DNA from: Hemiscyllium ocellatum
Taxonomy: Eukaryota
Direction: 5' to 3'
Length of the DNA stretch: 64,000 nucleotides
NCBI RefSeq assembly: GCF_020745735.1
Contig: NW_026868161.1
Span: forward strand, 1 to 64,000
Under the pieces are notes generated by a model. That model saw nothing but the letters and a program-made list of their open reading frames with translations. It was not told the DNA's origin and searched no databases. Both the position numbers and the translations under genes were made by a program. Below, piece by piece: positions 29,246-47,100 of the stretch (position 1 is the stretch's first letter; each line of letters opens with the position of its first letter).

Positions 29246-31044
29246 CTGGGACGAGAAGGATCGGGGGAACTCAGAATAAACTCTTAACAAGCCTCGATAA
29301 CACAGAAGTGTGATTATTTCACCTCAGACAGGCGCTACTGCAATTCAGTGACATAACAAAAGCGTATTTACTACAGATCCCCCAAACAGTGAGGGGTGGA
29401 GGGGAGCGTTCCTGGACACTGCATTTCCAGTCCTGTCAGGGAAGGGGCAGTGTTGGGGCCTAGGAAAAACAAGGCAGCCCAAACAGCATTTCAGAAATAG
29501 TGATCATAACGTGACAAAGTTCAAAGTTCAAGGTTCAGGTGGGGGAAAAAAAAAATCATTGATCGAGGACCGGGATTTGGAAAAAAGGGGCAGATTTTGG
29601 GGGTGGAGAGTTGAACTGGAGGGTGAGTAAGGTGCAATCCAGGGACACATGCATGAGGAATAAGCAGAAGGCAGAGGGACAGAGAAAGAGAGAGAGTGTG
29701 ATGGGAGAGGGAAAGGGATTGTGCGAGAGGGAGAGGGAGAGACAGGGAAAAGGAAGGAGAGAGAGAGACAGAAGGAGAAAGAGAAAGAGAGAGGGGGTTA
29801 CAGAGACAGGGAGGGGGGTGTAGGGGGTTACAGAGATAGGGAGGGGGTGCAGGGGGGTTACAGAGATATGGAGGGAGTGTAGGGGGGTTACAGAGATAGG
29901 AAGGGGGTGTAGGGGGGGTTACAGAGACAGGGAAGGGGTGTAGGGGGGTTACAGGGATAGGGAGGGAGTGCAGGGGGTTACAGAGATAGGGAAGGGGTGT
30001 AGGGGGGTTACAGGGATAGGGAGGGGGTGCAGGGGGTTACAGAGATAGGGAGGGGGTGTAGGGGGTTACAGAGATAGGGAGGGGTGCAGGGGGTTACAGA
30101 GATCGGGAGTGGGTGCAGGGTGGTGAAGGAGATTGGGAGATAGGGTTGGGATAAGGCAGAGCGAGAGATGTTTGCCTGAAGATGTTGCTGGGATTAAATA
30201 TGACCAAGGACCCACCCTAATTATAAACCCAAACACCCTTCAGGAAGCCTGGAAGCTGAAAAGACAACGTTGCTGAGTTACCAGGCTGAGGGCATTGAGC
30301 TCCTGCATCCTGTCCACATGGAAGTCACACGCCTGGGTTCATGGCTAACAGGAGAGCTGGGCCCTGTCCATACGGTACACAAAGCTCCATTGTTCTGGAG
30401 CTCACTCCGAGAGGATCCACCCTAACACTCCCCTCACACCCACCCACCCTTTCCATGGAACTGGCCTGAGTGCAGTGTCCACGGGCTGACTGAGCAATGG
30501 ACAGGGCCCAGGGGGAAACTTCTAGATGGGTGAGACAGAGGAAGAGCGAGGGCGTGAAAGAGAGCGAGAAAAAGAGAGCGAGAGAGAGAAAGAGGAAAAA
30601 AGAGACAGAGAGCGACAGAAAAAGAGGGAGAGAGAAAAAGGAGAGAAAAAAGGGAGAGAGAAAAAGAGAAAGAAAAAGGAAGAAAAAGAAAGAGAGAGAG
30701 ATGCTCTCCAATCTCCCAGCGCTCTGACACTGTCCTGGAGCGGACAGTGAGCACTCCTCTCTGTCAGTTGGATACACCCTTCCAGCTCCCTCCCCTTCTC
30801 CCCAGCCACCAATCAGATTACCCTGTGCCTTCCCAAAGTAACGGGTGGACTGGTGTCCAGTTGTTCAGAGTCCACAGCGGGAGTCTCTCACAGACAGCCC
30901 TGGGCTCCTCACTGACAGAGTCAGTAGGTTACACCCCCTCCCCCTCAAATCCTCCCTGTGTCTGTGTCTGTGTCTCTCTCACCATGTCCGTATCTTTCGT
31001 TGAGTCTCTGTCTCCTCACTGTCATGGGCTAAGAGAGATAGAGG

Positions 31045-32860
31045 GGCGTGCGTGTGTCAGTGAGGGGGGGGGGGCGTGCGTGTGTCAGTGAGGGGGGCGT
31101 GCGTGTGTCAGTGAGAGAGGGGGGGGGCGTGTGTGTGTCAGAGTGAGAGGGGGGGGGCGTGTGTGTCAGTGAGAGAGGGGGGCGTGTGTGTCAGTGAGAG
31201 AGGGGGGCGTGTGTGTCAGTGAGAGGGGGGGCGTGTGTGTCAGTGAGAGAGGGGGGGCGTGTGTGTCAGTGAGAGAGGGGGGGGCGTGTGTGTCAGTGAG
31301 AGGGGGGGGCGTGTGTGTCAGTGAGAGGGGGGGGCGTGTGTGTCAGTGAGAGGGGGGGCGTGTGTGTCAGTGAGAGAGGGGGGCGTGTGTGTCAGTGAGA
31401 GAGGGGGGCGTGTGTGTCAGTGAGGGGGGGGCGTGTGTGTCAGTGAGAGGGGGGGCGTGTGTGTCAGTGAGAGGGGGGGGGCGTGTGTGTCAGTGAGAGG
31501 GGGGCGTGTGTGTCAGTGAGAGGGGGGCGTGTGTGTCAGTGAGAGGGGGGGCATGTGTGTCAGTGAGGGGGGGGCGTGTGGGTGTCAGAGTGAGGGGGGG
31601 GCGTGTGTGTCAGTGAGAGGGGGGCGTGTGGGTGTCAGAGTGAGAGGGGGGCGTGTGGGTGTCAGAGTGGGGGGGGGCTTGTGTGTCAGTGAGAGGGGGG
31701 CGTGTGGGTGTCAGAGTGGGGGGGGCGTGTGTCAGTGAGGGGGGGGGGGCGTGTGGGTGTCAGAGTGAGGGGGGCGTGTGGGTGTCAGAGTGAGGGGGGG
31801 GCGTGTGTGTCAGTGAGAGGGGGCGTGTGGGTGTCAGAGTGAGGGGGGCGTGTGGGTGTCAGAGTGAGAGGGGGGCGTGTGTGTCAGTGAGAGGGGGGCG
31901 TGTGGGTGTCAGAGTGAGGGGGGGGCGTGGGTGTCACAGTGAGAGGGGGGCGTGTGTGTCAGTGAGAGGGGGGCGTGTGTGTCAGTGAGAGGGGGGCGTG
32001 TGTGTCAGTGAGGGGGGGGCGTGTGTGTCAGTGAGGGGGGGGCGTGTGTGTCAGTGAGGGGGGGGCGTGTGGGTGTCAGAGTGAGGGGGGGGCGTGTGGG
32101 TGTCAGAGTGAGGGGGGGGCGTGTGTGTCAGTGAGAGAGGGGGGCGTGTGGGTGTCAGAGTGAGAGGGGGGTATGTGTGTCAGAGAGGGGGGCGTGCGTG
32201 TGTCAGACAGAGGGGGGGGCGTGCGTGTGTCAGAGAGAGAGAGGGGCGTGTGTGTGTCAGAGAGGGGGGGTATGTGTGTCAGTGAGAGAGAGGGGCGTGT
32301 GTGTGTCAGAGGGGGGGGGTATGTGTGTCAGTGAGAGAGAGGGGCGTGTGTGTGTCAGAGAGAGAGGGGGGTGTATGTGTGTCAGTGAGAGAGAGGGGCG
32401 TGTGTGTGTCAGAGAGAGAGGGGGGGGTGTGTGTCAGTGAGAGAGAGGGGCGTGTGTGTGTCAGAGAGAGAGGGGGGTATGTGTGTCAGTGAGAGAGAGG
32501 GGCGTGTGTGTGTCAGACAGGGGGGGTATGTGTGTCAGTGAGAGAGAGGGGCGTGTGTGTGTCAGACAGAGAGGGGGGTATGTGTGTCAGTGAGGGGGGG
32601 GCGTGTGTGTGTCAGAGAGGGGGGGGTATGTGTGTCAGAGAGAGAGAGGGGCATGTGTGTGTCAGACAGAGAGGGGGGTATGTGTGTCAGTGAGGCGGGG
32701 GGGCGTGTGTGTGTTAGACGGAGAGAGGGGTATGTGTGTCAGTGGGGGGGGGCGTGCGTGTGTCAGAGAGAGAGGTGGGTATGTGTGTCAGTGAGAGGGG
32801 GGGCGTGCGTGTGTCAGAGAGAGAGGGGAGCGTGCGTCAGTGTGAGAGAGAGAGAGAGAG
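31045..32860. repeat. ~21-25-bp GT/G-rich minisatellite upstream of SULT copy 4
   Basis: (GTGTGTGTCAGTGAGAGGGGGGGC)n with variants. Confidence 0.92.
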
Positions 32861-33242
32861 AGAGGAAGTGTGTGTCAGTATGATGTTAAATAAACCCGTT
32901 GGACTATAACCTGGTGTTGTGGGACTTTAACTTCGTCCACCCCAGTCCAACACCGGCTGTTCCAAGTCACGTATCGGTACGAGAGGGAGCGAGAGAGGGG
33001 GTTTGTGTCAGTATAAAGGAGGCAGAGGAAGAGGCAGTATGTTTGAGAGAGAGAGAGAGTCAATATATTACAGAGAGAAGAGTGTGTGTGTGCGCGCCTG
33101 AGACAGTGTGTATGCGCATGTGTGCGAGTGAGTGTGCATGTATGGGGGAAGAGTGCTAGGGATGGGGGATGAGGCTCTCTCACTCCCTGAGGGTGTGGGT
33201 GAACTGACCTGTGTGTGTGTGTCCCGGTTCCAGGCCTGAGGG

Positions 33243-36973
<3,731 letters not shown>

Positions 36974-37797
36974 CCGGGGGTGAGAAGGATCGGGGGGAAA
37001 CTCGGAATAAACTCTTAACAAGCCTCGAAGAAACGGAAGAGTGATTATTATACCTCGGCTAGGGCGCTACAACAATGCAGTGACAGAACAAAAGGGTTAA
37101 TGCTGCCCCTGATACAGGGTGGCGTTAGAGGACGGTGAGAGGGTTAGGTTAGTTAAAGGCCACAGGAAGGGGTGGGAGAGAACGAGGTGGGGGGGGGTAG
37201 AAAGAGGGAGAGAGATCGAAGCAAGGAGGGTGAGACAGCAGAATGGGGTAGAGATTACAGGAGGTGAGGGAGAGCGCGAGGGAATGAGTTTAAGAAAATG
37301 ACATCTCACAACTGGCAGAGGGAAAGGGGGGGAGCGGATGGAGGAGAGATGCTCAGACAGATAGGGGGCTCGGATTCCACTGCTTTATGAAAAGGTGGGT
37401 GGGGGGGGGTGCTGGCATGGGAACACAGAGGGACAGGGGTGTAGGAGCTGGAGGGAGGGGGCGTAGCAGGCCTGAGGGGGATTTGTCAGGGCTGGGAGAG
37501 GTTATGGAGGTAGGGAGGGAATATTGAGGGGACGTAGGGCCCCAGGAGGGGGAAAAGGGGGCCCCTGCTCAGTGGTCTGTTGCTGAGGGGTTGTAGGTGA
37601 TAAGGCAGAGCGAGAGATGTTTGCCTGTAGATGTTGCTGAGATTAAATATTACCAAGGACCTGGCTTAATTATAAACCCAAACGACCTTCAGGAAGCCTT
37701 GAAGCTGAAAAGACAATTTTGCTGAAAGTTTGTGCGAAGATTTGTAGCCCGGGTGCCCGTTGTTGTGGTTCTGTTCGCCGAGCTGGGAATTTGTGTT

Positions 37798-37837
37798 GCA
37801 GACGTTTCGTCCCCTGTCTAGGTGACATCCTCAGGGC
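37798..37837 (-). ncRNA. Minimal hammerhead ribozyme motif with GUC cleavage triplet
   Basis: Reverse complement reads GCC CUGAGGA U GUCACCU-AGAC-AGGGGAC GAAAC GUC UGC; one mismatch in stem I and one in stem II. Confidence 0.7.
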
Positions 37838-39478
37838 TTGGGAGCCTCCTGGGAAGTGCTTCTGTGATGTTTCCTCTGTAGTGGTTTGTATCTGCCCCTT
37901 CCGGGTGTCAGTTCCAGCTGTCTGCTGCAGTGGCCGGTATATTGGGTCCAGGGCGATGTGCTTATTGATTGAATCTGTGGATGAGGGCCATGCCTCTAGG
38001 AATTCCCTGGCTGTTCTCTGTTTGGCTTGTCCTATAATAGTAGTGTTGTCCCAGTCGAACTCACGTTGCTTGTCATCTGCGTGTGTGGCTACTAGGGATA
38101 GCTGGTCGTGCCGTTTCGTGGCTAGTTGGTGTTCATGGATGCGGGTTGTTAGCTGTCTTCCTGTTGGTCTTATGTAGTGTTTTGTGCAGTCCTTGCATGG
38201 GATTTTGTACACTACGTTGGTTTTGCTCATGCTGGGTATCGGGTCCTTCGTCCTGGTGAGTTGTTGTCTGAGAGTGGCTGTTGGTTTGGCTGCTGTTATG
38301 AGTCCTAGTGGTCGCATTTTTTAAGGATTACAAAAGGTGTCATCCACATATCTGACCCAGAGTTTGGGTTGAATTTGCGGTAAGACTGTTTGTTCTAACC
38401 TTTGCGTTACTGCTTCTGCTAGGAGTCCAGAGGTGGGTGAGCCCATGGGTGTACCGTTGATTTGTTCATATATTAGTGTGAAGTGTGTTGTGAGGCAAAT
38501 TCAGCCCAAACTCTGGGTCAGATATGTGGACGACACCTTTGTAATAATTAAAAACACAGAAATAGAGAACACACACCGGATCATCAACGCCACACTCACA
38601 GGAATCCGATTCACCAGAGAGGAAGAAAAGGATAGCCAGCTCCCATTCCTAGGCGTGATAGTACAGAGAACACCGAACGGAGAATTCACCACAAGGGTAC
38701 ACAGGAAAGCTACACACACAGACCAAGTCCTGAACTACAAAAGCAACCCAACACACACAAAAGAAGTTGCATTAAGACACTGTTCAGAAGGGCCACAGCA
38801 CACTGCAGTACAGCAGAACTGCAAAAAGAGGAAGGAGAACACCTCTACAATGTATTCGCCAAAAACGGATACCCGCACAATTTCATCAACAGATGCCTAA
38901 GGGAAAGACAACGGAACGAGGACATGCCACAACCCAAAGGACTGGCCACACTCCCATACATCAGGAGCATTGCCGAACTGACAGCCAGACTGCTGCGACC
39001 ACTAGGACTCATAACAGCACACAAACCAACAGCCACTCTCAGACAACAACTCACCAGGAAAAAGGACCCGATACCCAGCATGAGCAAAACCAACGTAGTA
39101 TACAAAATCCCATGCAAGGACTGTACAAAACACTACATAGGACAGACAGGAAGACAGCTAACCACCCGCATCCATGAACACCAACTAGCCACGAAACGAC
39201 ACGACCAGTTATCCATAGTAGCCACACACGCAGATGACAATCAATGTGAGTTCGACTGGGACAACACTACTATTATAGGACAAGCCAAACAGAGAACAGC
39301 CAGGGAATTCCTAGAGGCATGGCACTCATCCACAGATTCTATCGACAACACATCGACCTGGACCCAATATACCGGCCACTGCAGCAGACAGCTGGAACTG
39401 ACACCCGGAAGCAGCAGAGACAAACCACTATAAATGCCGGAGGAAAGATCACAGAAGCGCTTCCCAGGAGGCTCCCAA

Positions 39479-39518
39479 GCACTGAGGATGTCACCTAGAC
39501 AGGGGACAAAATGTCTGC
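39479..39518 (+). ncRNA. Decayed hammerhead motif
   Basis: GCA CUGAGGA U stem II, then AAAAU GUC UGC; the GAAAC core is mutated at two CpG positions. Confidence 0.55.
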
Positions 39519-39874
39519 AACACAAATTCCCAGCTCGGCGAACAGAACCACAACAACGCTGCTGAGTTACCAGGCTGAGGGCATTGAGCTCCTGCATCCT
39601 GTCCACATGGAAGTCACACGCCTGGGTTCATGGCTAACAGGAGAGCTGGGCCCTGTCCATACGGTACACAAAGCTCCATTGTTCTGGAGCTCACTCCGAG
39701 AGGATCCACCCAAACACTCCCCTCACACCCACCCACCCTTTCCATGGAACTGGCCTGAGGGCAGTGTCCACGGGCTGACTGAGCAATGGACAGGGCCCAG
39801 GGGGAAACTTCCAGAAGGTTTCACCCTCAACACCACCCGAAATATCCAAAGCTGCCTCTGGAACGGTCCCAGTG

Positions 39875-40705
39875 ACACCGTCCCCAATGGGACCCCAAAC
39901 CCCTTCCCGTTCCCTCCTGCTCTACACCGTCCCCAATGGGACCCCAAACTCCTTCCCGTTCCCTCCCGCTCTACACCGTCCCCAATGGGACCCCAAACTC
40001 CTTCCCATTCCCTCCCACTCTACACCGTCCCCAATGGTCCCCAAACTCCTTCCCGTTCCCTCCCGCTCTACACCGTCCCCAATGGGACCCCAAACTCCTT
40101 CCCATTCCCTCCCACTCTACACCGTCCCCAATGGTCCCCAAACTCCTTCCCGTTCCCTCCCGCTCTACACCGTCCCCAATGGGACCCCAAACTCCTTCCC
40201 ATTCCCTCCCGCTCTACACCGTCCCCAATGGGACCCCAAACCTCTTTCCGTTCCCTCCTGCTCTACACTGTCCCCAATGGACCCCCAAACCCCTTCCCGT
40301 TCCCTCCCGCTCTACACCGTCCCCAATGGGACCCCAAACCCCTTCCCGTTCCCTCCCGCTCTACACTGTCCCCGATGGACCCCAAACCCCTCCCTGTCCC
40401 CTCCCGTTCTACACCGTCCCCAATGGGACCCCAAACTCCTTCCCGTTCCCTCCCGCTCTACACCGTCCCCAATGGGACCCCAAACCCCTTCCCGTTCCCT
40501 CCCGCTCTACACCGTCCCCAATGGGACCCCAAACGCCTTCCCGTTCCCTCCCGCTCTACACCGTCCCCAATGGACCCCAAACCCCTTCCTGTTCCCTCCC
40601 GCTCTACACCGTCCCCAATGGACCCCAAACCCCTTCCCGTTCCCTCCCGCTCTACACCGTCCCCAATGGACCCCAAACCCCTGCCCGTTCCCTCCCGCTC
40701 TACAC
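39875..40705. repeat. 43-44-bp C-rich minisatellite between the SULT cluster and the TUFM 3' end
   Basis: Same unit as 9770-10755. Confidence 0.95.
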
Positions 40706-40857
40706 GGTCTCTGTCTGCCATAACTCAGTAGCACAGAAACTGATGGTTGCAAGGTGACTAAGGCCGGCGTAACAGTTTGGTTTACCCCCATCATCACCCC
40801 CGACCCCCCAGAGACATCCCTGTTGACAGCGAAGGACGCCCTCGGATTTCGCCCGAA

Positions 40858-40863
40858 TTTATT
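40858..40863 (-). terminator. Probable TUFM polyadenylation signal
   Basis: TTTATT on + (AATAAA on -), 250 nt after the TUFM stop codon. Confidence 0.7.
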
Positions 40864-41112
40864 TTACAAAATATAACACACATCGCGAACGCTTTAAATT
40901 AAACGGTGCCAGGAACCGGATTGACAGAGTAACGTCTGGAGGAATCTAGGTGAGGGAATGCACACCCCCCCCTCGTCCCGCCCGCACATCTCACGTGGCC
41001 CCTGAGGAGCGGCTCAGTCGCTGGGGTTGGCAGTGGGGGAGTATACAGGAAGGCGGTCTCGCTGCGGATAAAAAGGGAGGGGGGGGTTGAAAGCCAGGCG
41101 TCGGGCACTCCC

Positions 41113-44100
41113 TCAGCCCCAGTTGACGTCGTCCTGCGGCCCACTCTCCAGCACGGCCGTCACCAGCCCCGTGCCAATAGTCCGGTTCCCATCCCTCAGG
41201 GTGAACCGCTGCCCCTTCTCCAGCACCATCGGCTGCCGCAGGGTCAGGGTGAGGTTGGTGTCCTCGCCGGGCATCACCAGCTCCTGTAGAGAAAGAGGGG
41301 AGGAGGGTGGCACAGACCATCAGATCCTGCCTGACATCCCGTGGAACTGACTTGAGGAATGGGGCTGAATGGCCTCCTGTTCCTGTGTAACAGGCTGGAG
41401 GGAGAGGGGCTGAACGGCCTCCTGTCCCTGTGTAACAGGCTGGAGGAGGAGGGGCTGAACGGCCTCCTGTCCCTGTGTAACAGGCTGGAGGGAGAGGGGC
41501 TGAACGGCCTCGTGTCCCTGTGTAACAGGCTGGAGGGAGAGGGGCTGAACGGCCTCGTGTCCCTGTGTAACAGGCTGGAGGGAGAGGGGCTGAACGGTCT
41601 CGTGTCCCTGTGTAACAGGCTGGAGGGAGAGGGGCTGAACGGCCTCGTGTCCCTGTGTAACAGGCTGGAGGGAGAGGGGCTGAATGGCCTCGTGTCCCTG
41701 CGTAACAGGCTGGACGGTGTGACGTTTGTGTGTTCACATTGCCACCTGCAGGTGGTTGTGGGCGATGCGAGTGCGGAGGGTCTGTTTTGGGAGTGTGGGG
41801 GTGAGGGTGGGGTGGTTGTGGGCGATGCGAGTGCGGAGGACCTGTTCTGGGAGGGTGGGGGGTGGGGGAACCGTCTCCCTTACCTTCTCCTTGGGGAGCT
41901 GCACCCTGCACGCCATGTCCCAGGTCAGGGAGAACATCACCGGCATAAAGTTGGTCACAAAAGGTTTGTGGCGTCCACCTTCCTCCTTGCTCAACACGTA
42001 CACCTTGAAGGGGTGGGGGGGGAGAGAGGGGAAGGAACGGGCAGGGGTTACACGGATTCAGACACAGGACCAAGCCCTCCCACCTCCCCCCCACCCGGGA
42101 GGTGCAGGTCCAGGGCCCGGGGCGATGCTGCCCAGCCCCCTGGTCCGGCGGCCGAGGTACCCACCTGAGCCTCCACCTTGCGGTGCGGCCGGATGGAGTC
42201 GGGCTTGCATAGCACCATGCCACGCCTGACGTCCTCGCGTTTCAGGCCCCGCACCAGGGCGCCCAAGTTATCGCCCGCTTCGGCTCGGTCCAGGTTCTGG
42301 TGGAACATCTCGATACCTGGGGGGGGGAGGAGAGGGGGGGGGTTAAACACAAAACTGTGTGGGAGGGTCAGCGCCGAGGGAGCCCCGCACTGTGGGAGGG
42401 TCGGCGCCGAGGGAGCCCCGCACTGTGGGAGGGTCGGCGCCGAGGGAGCCCCGCACTGTGGGAGGGTCGGCGCCGAGGGAGCCCCGCACTGTGGGAGGGT
42501 CGGCGCCGAGGGAGCCCCGCACTGTGGGAGGGTCGGCGCCGAGGGAGCCCCGCACTGTGGGAGGGTCGGCGCCGAGGGAGCCCCGCACTGTGGGAGGGTC
42601 GGCGCCGAGGGAGCCCCGCACTGTGGGAGGGTCGGCGCCGAGGGGGAGCCCCGCACTGTGGGAGGGTCGGCGCCGAGGGGGAGTCCCGCACTGTGGGAGG
42701 GTCAGTGCCGAGGGAGCCCCGCACTGTGTGAGGGTGCCGAGGGAGCCCCGCACTGTGGGAGGGTCAGCGCCGAGGGAGCCCCGCACTGTGGGAGGGTCAG
42801 CGCCGAGGGAGCCCCGCACTGTGGGAGGGTCGGCGCCGAGGGAGCCCCGCACTGTGGGAGGGTCGGCGCCGAGGGAGCCCCGCACTGTGGGAGGGTCGGC
42901 GCCGAGGGAGCCCCGCACTGTGGGAGGGTCGGCGCCGAGGGAGCCCCGCACTGTGGGAGGGTCGGCGCCTTGTGTTGCCAAAGCCAATGCTCTCACCTGT
43001 GACCACCGAGCGCAGGTTTTTGTTGTGGCCGATAAATTCACAGTCATCGCCCTTCTTAATGACCCCTCGCTCGAGTGTGCCTGTCACCACCGTGCCACGC
43101 CCTGGGATTGGACAGGGAGAAAAACACAGGGAGGATATACAGTCATAAGGCACCACATTTTCAGCACAACATCACCCAGTGACAACACAGCCCCAGGCCC
43201 CATCCTCCGATCTCCCCTCGCACAGGGGGACAGTCAGCACCCCAAACACCCCCCACCCCGGCGAGAGAGGGGTGGTGCTCCGCTTCCCTCCTGGGGGGGT
43301 GGGAATCAGCCACCTCCTCCCCCACCCCGGAGTCCAGAGACGCCGTGTGAGCGAGGGGATACTATACCGGCGGTGCTGGGGCGGACGGTGGGTGTGGGCA
43401 GAGTCCGAAGCGCCGATTACCTGGAATGGAATAGATCTGCTCGATGGGCAGCAGGAAGGGATGCTCCAGGTCCCGGTCGGGGAGGGGGATGTAGCTGTCC
43501 ACAGCGTCCAGCAGCTTCAGGATGGAATCCCGGCCGATCTCCACGTCCCGATTCTGGGGAGCAGGAAAACGCAGTGAAGGCTTCGGGGTGGGGACGTGTC
43601 CTGTTACAACTCCCTCACGGGGGGCCGGGGCCGTCGCAGGCTATTACCCCCTGATCGCGCCCCTCTCCCACGTGAGTCGCCTACACGAACCTCTGCAGTC
43701 ACCCCCTTCCCCCCCCCCAACACCACGCTCCACGGGGTGAGGGGCACAGTGCCAGTAAGAGGGCAGGATTAATCCCCAGGCTTCAGGCCCTGAAAGCACT
43801 GCCGATATCGATGCAGGTTAGGTGTGGGGGCTCAGAGGGCATCTCGTATGGGCTGGTGGGGGAGGGGGGATTCAGTGACGGTAACACCATTGAACGTCAA
43901 GGGGGCGATGGTTAGATTCTCTCTCAATGGGAACCCCCAGGATGTTGATAGTCGGGGGGAGGGGGGATTCAGTGACGGTAACGCCATTGAACATCAAGGG
44001 GGCGATGGTTAGATTCTCTTTCAATGGGAACCCCCAGGATGTTGATAGTTGGGGGGGGGGGGGGGATTCAGTGACAGTAACACCATTGAACATTAAGGGG

Positions 44101-47100
44101 GCGATGGTTAGATTGTCTCTTACTGGTGATGGTCATTGCCTGGTGTTTGTGTGGTGTGAAAGTTGCTTGCCCCAAGCCTGGGTATTGAACCAAGTTGTGA
44201 TGAGCTGAGTGACCCTGGCTGAGCCCAGACGGGGCGTCAGTGAGGAGGTGCTGCCTGAAGGCACTGTCAATGACCCCTGCCATCACCTTCGCGATGATGG
44301 AGAGGAGACTGATGGGGGTGGGATGTGCCCTGCATGTCGGGTAGATGGCGGTGTTGTAACTCTAGCTTGGCCGGGGGAGCGGCAAGTGATGGAGCACACA
44401 TCTTCAGCTGTATTACCAGAACTTTGTCGGCTTTGCAGTATCCAGCGTCCCCAACTGTTTCTCAATGGGATTGGCTGTGATTGCGGGGACCACTGGAGGA
44501 GGCCGAGATGGATCACCCACTCGGCACTTCTGGCTGAAGGCTGCTACCAAAGGTCTTTCCCACCGGCGCGCTGGATTTTCACATCACTGAGGATTGGGAT
44601 ATTTGTGGGGCCACTATCATTCCCGATTGGTTGGGGCAGGACTGCAGAGCTGCGAGCTGACAATGGTGCTGGGAAAGGGGTTTTAATTGGACACAAAGCT
44701 GTTTCCCAGGGGTTGGAAGTCAGACAGGAATAGCTCGATAATAATAGCCAGCCAGCCCAGGACAGAGGCGATGGTACAAACCTCCAGAGCACACAGCGCT
44801 GAGCCAAGGATGATAGGGGTATTCTCCCCGTCGTACCCAAACTCGGACAACAGCTCACGCATCTCCAGCTCAACTAGATCGAGCATCTCCTTATCTTCCA
44901 CCGCGTCAGCTTTGTTCACAAATACCACGATGTGCTCCACTCCGATCTGTCAACACAGGAGGCATACGTTACCAGAGACAGCAGGGCTCCCTCAGCGCTG
45001 ACCCTCCCACAGTGCGGGGCTCCCTCACCGCTGACCCTCCCGCAGTGCGGGGCTCCCTCGGTGCCGACCCTCCCACAGCGCGGGGCTCCCTCGGCGCTGA
45101 CCCTCCCACAGCGCTGACCCTCCCCCAGTGCGGGGCTCCCTCAACACTGACCCTCCCACAGTGCGGGGCTCCCTCGGCGCTGACCCTCCCGCAGCGCGGG
45201 GCTCCCTCGGCGCTGACCCTCCCACAGTGCGGGGCTCCCTCAGTGCTGACCCTCCCACAGTGCGGGGCTCCCTCGGCGCCGACCCTCCCACAGTGCGGGG
45301 CTCCCTCGGCGCCGACCCTCCCACAGTGCGGGGCTCCCTCGGCGCTGACCCTCCCACAGTGCGGGGCTCCCTCGGCGCTGACCCTCCCACAGTGCGGGGC
45401 TCCCTCGGCGCCCATTCATCCCTGCCCCACCCACCCCAGGCCAATAGCTGACTCCTGACCCTCCCGAACACCCTGAGCAATGAGCTGACAGGCTGGACAG
45501 GCCAGCGACATCCCCGTGGTACGACCAGATTTACGGTTAGTTACCTGCTTGGCCAGCAACAGGTGCTCCCGGGTCTGTGGCATCTGGCCGTCTGTAGCTG
45601 CTACGACAAGGATACAGCCATCCAACTGGGCCGTGCCCGTGATCATATTCTGTGGTGGGGACCAGGCAGAGAGAGAGAGAGGGAGTCAACAACAGGCACA
45701 AAGGGAGGGAGCAAGACACAGGAGAGTCAGCCAGCGATGGACTGTGGAGGGGGCTGAGAGACGTAGAGAGAGAGAGAGAGCGAGCGCGAGACGTAGAGAG
45801 AGAGAGATATGTAGAGAGAGAGAGAGAGAGATATGTAGAGAGAGAGAGAGAGAGAGATATGTAGAGAGAGAGAGATACGTAGAGAGAGAAAAATAGAGTA
45901 ATAGAGATGTACAGCGATGAAACAGACCCTTCAGTCCAACCCGTCCATGCCGACCAGATATCCCAACCCAATCTAGTCCCATCTGCCAGCACCCGGCCCA
46001 TATCCCTCCAAACCCTTCCTATTCATATACCCATCCAGATGCCTCTTAAATGTTGCAGTTGTACCAGCCTCCACCACTTCCTCTGGCAGCTCATACCATA
46101 CACGTACCACCCTCTGAGTGAAAAAGTTGCCCCTTAGGTCTCTTTTATATCTTTCTCCTCTCATCTAAAACCTATGCCCTCTAGTTCTGGGCTCCCCCAC
46201 CCCAGGGGGAAAAGACCTTGTCTATTTACCCTATCCATGCCCTCATGATTTTATAAGCCTCTATAAGGTCACCCCTCAGCCTCCGACACTCCAGGGAAAA
46301 CAGCCCCAGCCTGTTCAGCCTCTCCCTGTAGCTCAAACCCTCCAACATCCTTGTCAATCTTTTCTGAACCCTTTCAAGTTTCCCAACATCTTTCCAATAG
46401 GAAGGAGACCAGAATTGCACGCAATATTCCAACAGTGGCTAACTAATGTCCTGTACAGCCGCAACATGACCCTCCCAACTCCTGTACTCAATACTCTGAC
46501 CAATAAAGGAAAGCATACCAAACGCCGCCTTCACTATCCTATCGACCTGCGACTCCACTGTTAATGAGCTATGAACCTGCACTCCAAGGTCTCTGCGTTC
46601 AGCAACACTCCCTAGGACCTTACCATTAAGTGGATAAGTCCTGCTAAGATTTGCTTTCCCAAAATGCAGCACCTCACATTGATCTGAATTAAACTCCATC
46701 TGCCACTTCTCAGCCCATTGGCCCATCTGGTCCCTATCCTGTTGTAATCTGAGGGAACCCTCTTCGCTGTCCACTACACCTCCAATTTTGGGGTCCTCTG
46801 CAAACTTACTAACTGTACCCCTTATGCTCACATCCAAATCATTTATATAAATGAGGTAAACTAGAGGGCCCAGCACCGATCCTTGTGGCACTCCACTGGT
46901 CACAGGCCTCCAGTCTGAAAAACAACCCTCCACCACCACCCTCTGTCTTCTACCTTTGAGCCAGTTCTCTATCCAAATGGCTAGTTCTCCCTGTATTCTG
47001 TGAGATCTAACCTTGCTAACCAGTCTCCCATGGGGAACCTTGTCGAACACCTTACTGAAGTCGATATAGATCACATCCATCGCTCTGCCCTCATCAATCC

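Larger units (their letters stand above)
37726..39557. mobile_element. Second Penelope-like element, head-to-head inverted and rearranged (- arm 37726-~38316, extra - RT piece ~38317-38494, + arm ~38495-39557)
   Basis: GIY-YIG coding sequence on both strands, RT YVDD, frameshifts; interrupts the AAAGACAACGTTGCTGAG site that is intact downstream of copies 1-3. Confidence 0.9.

Noticed and set aside
32878-32970. Possible 3' end of a third Penelope-like family
   Set aside because: Short, with no ORF or hammerhead core retained; the resemblance is from memory only and cannot be supported from this window
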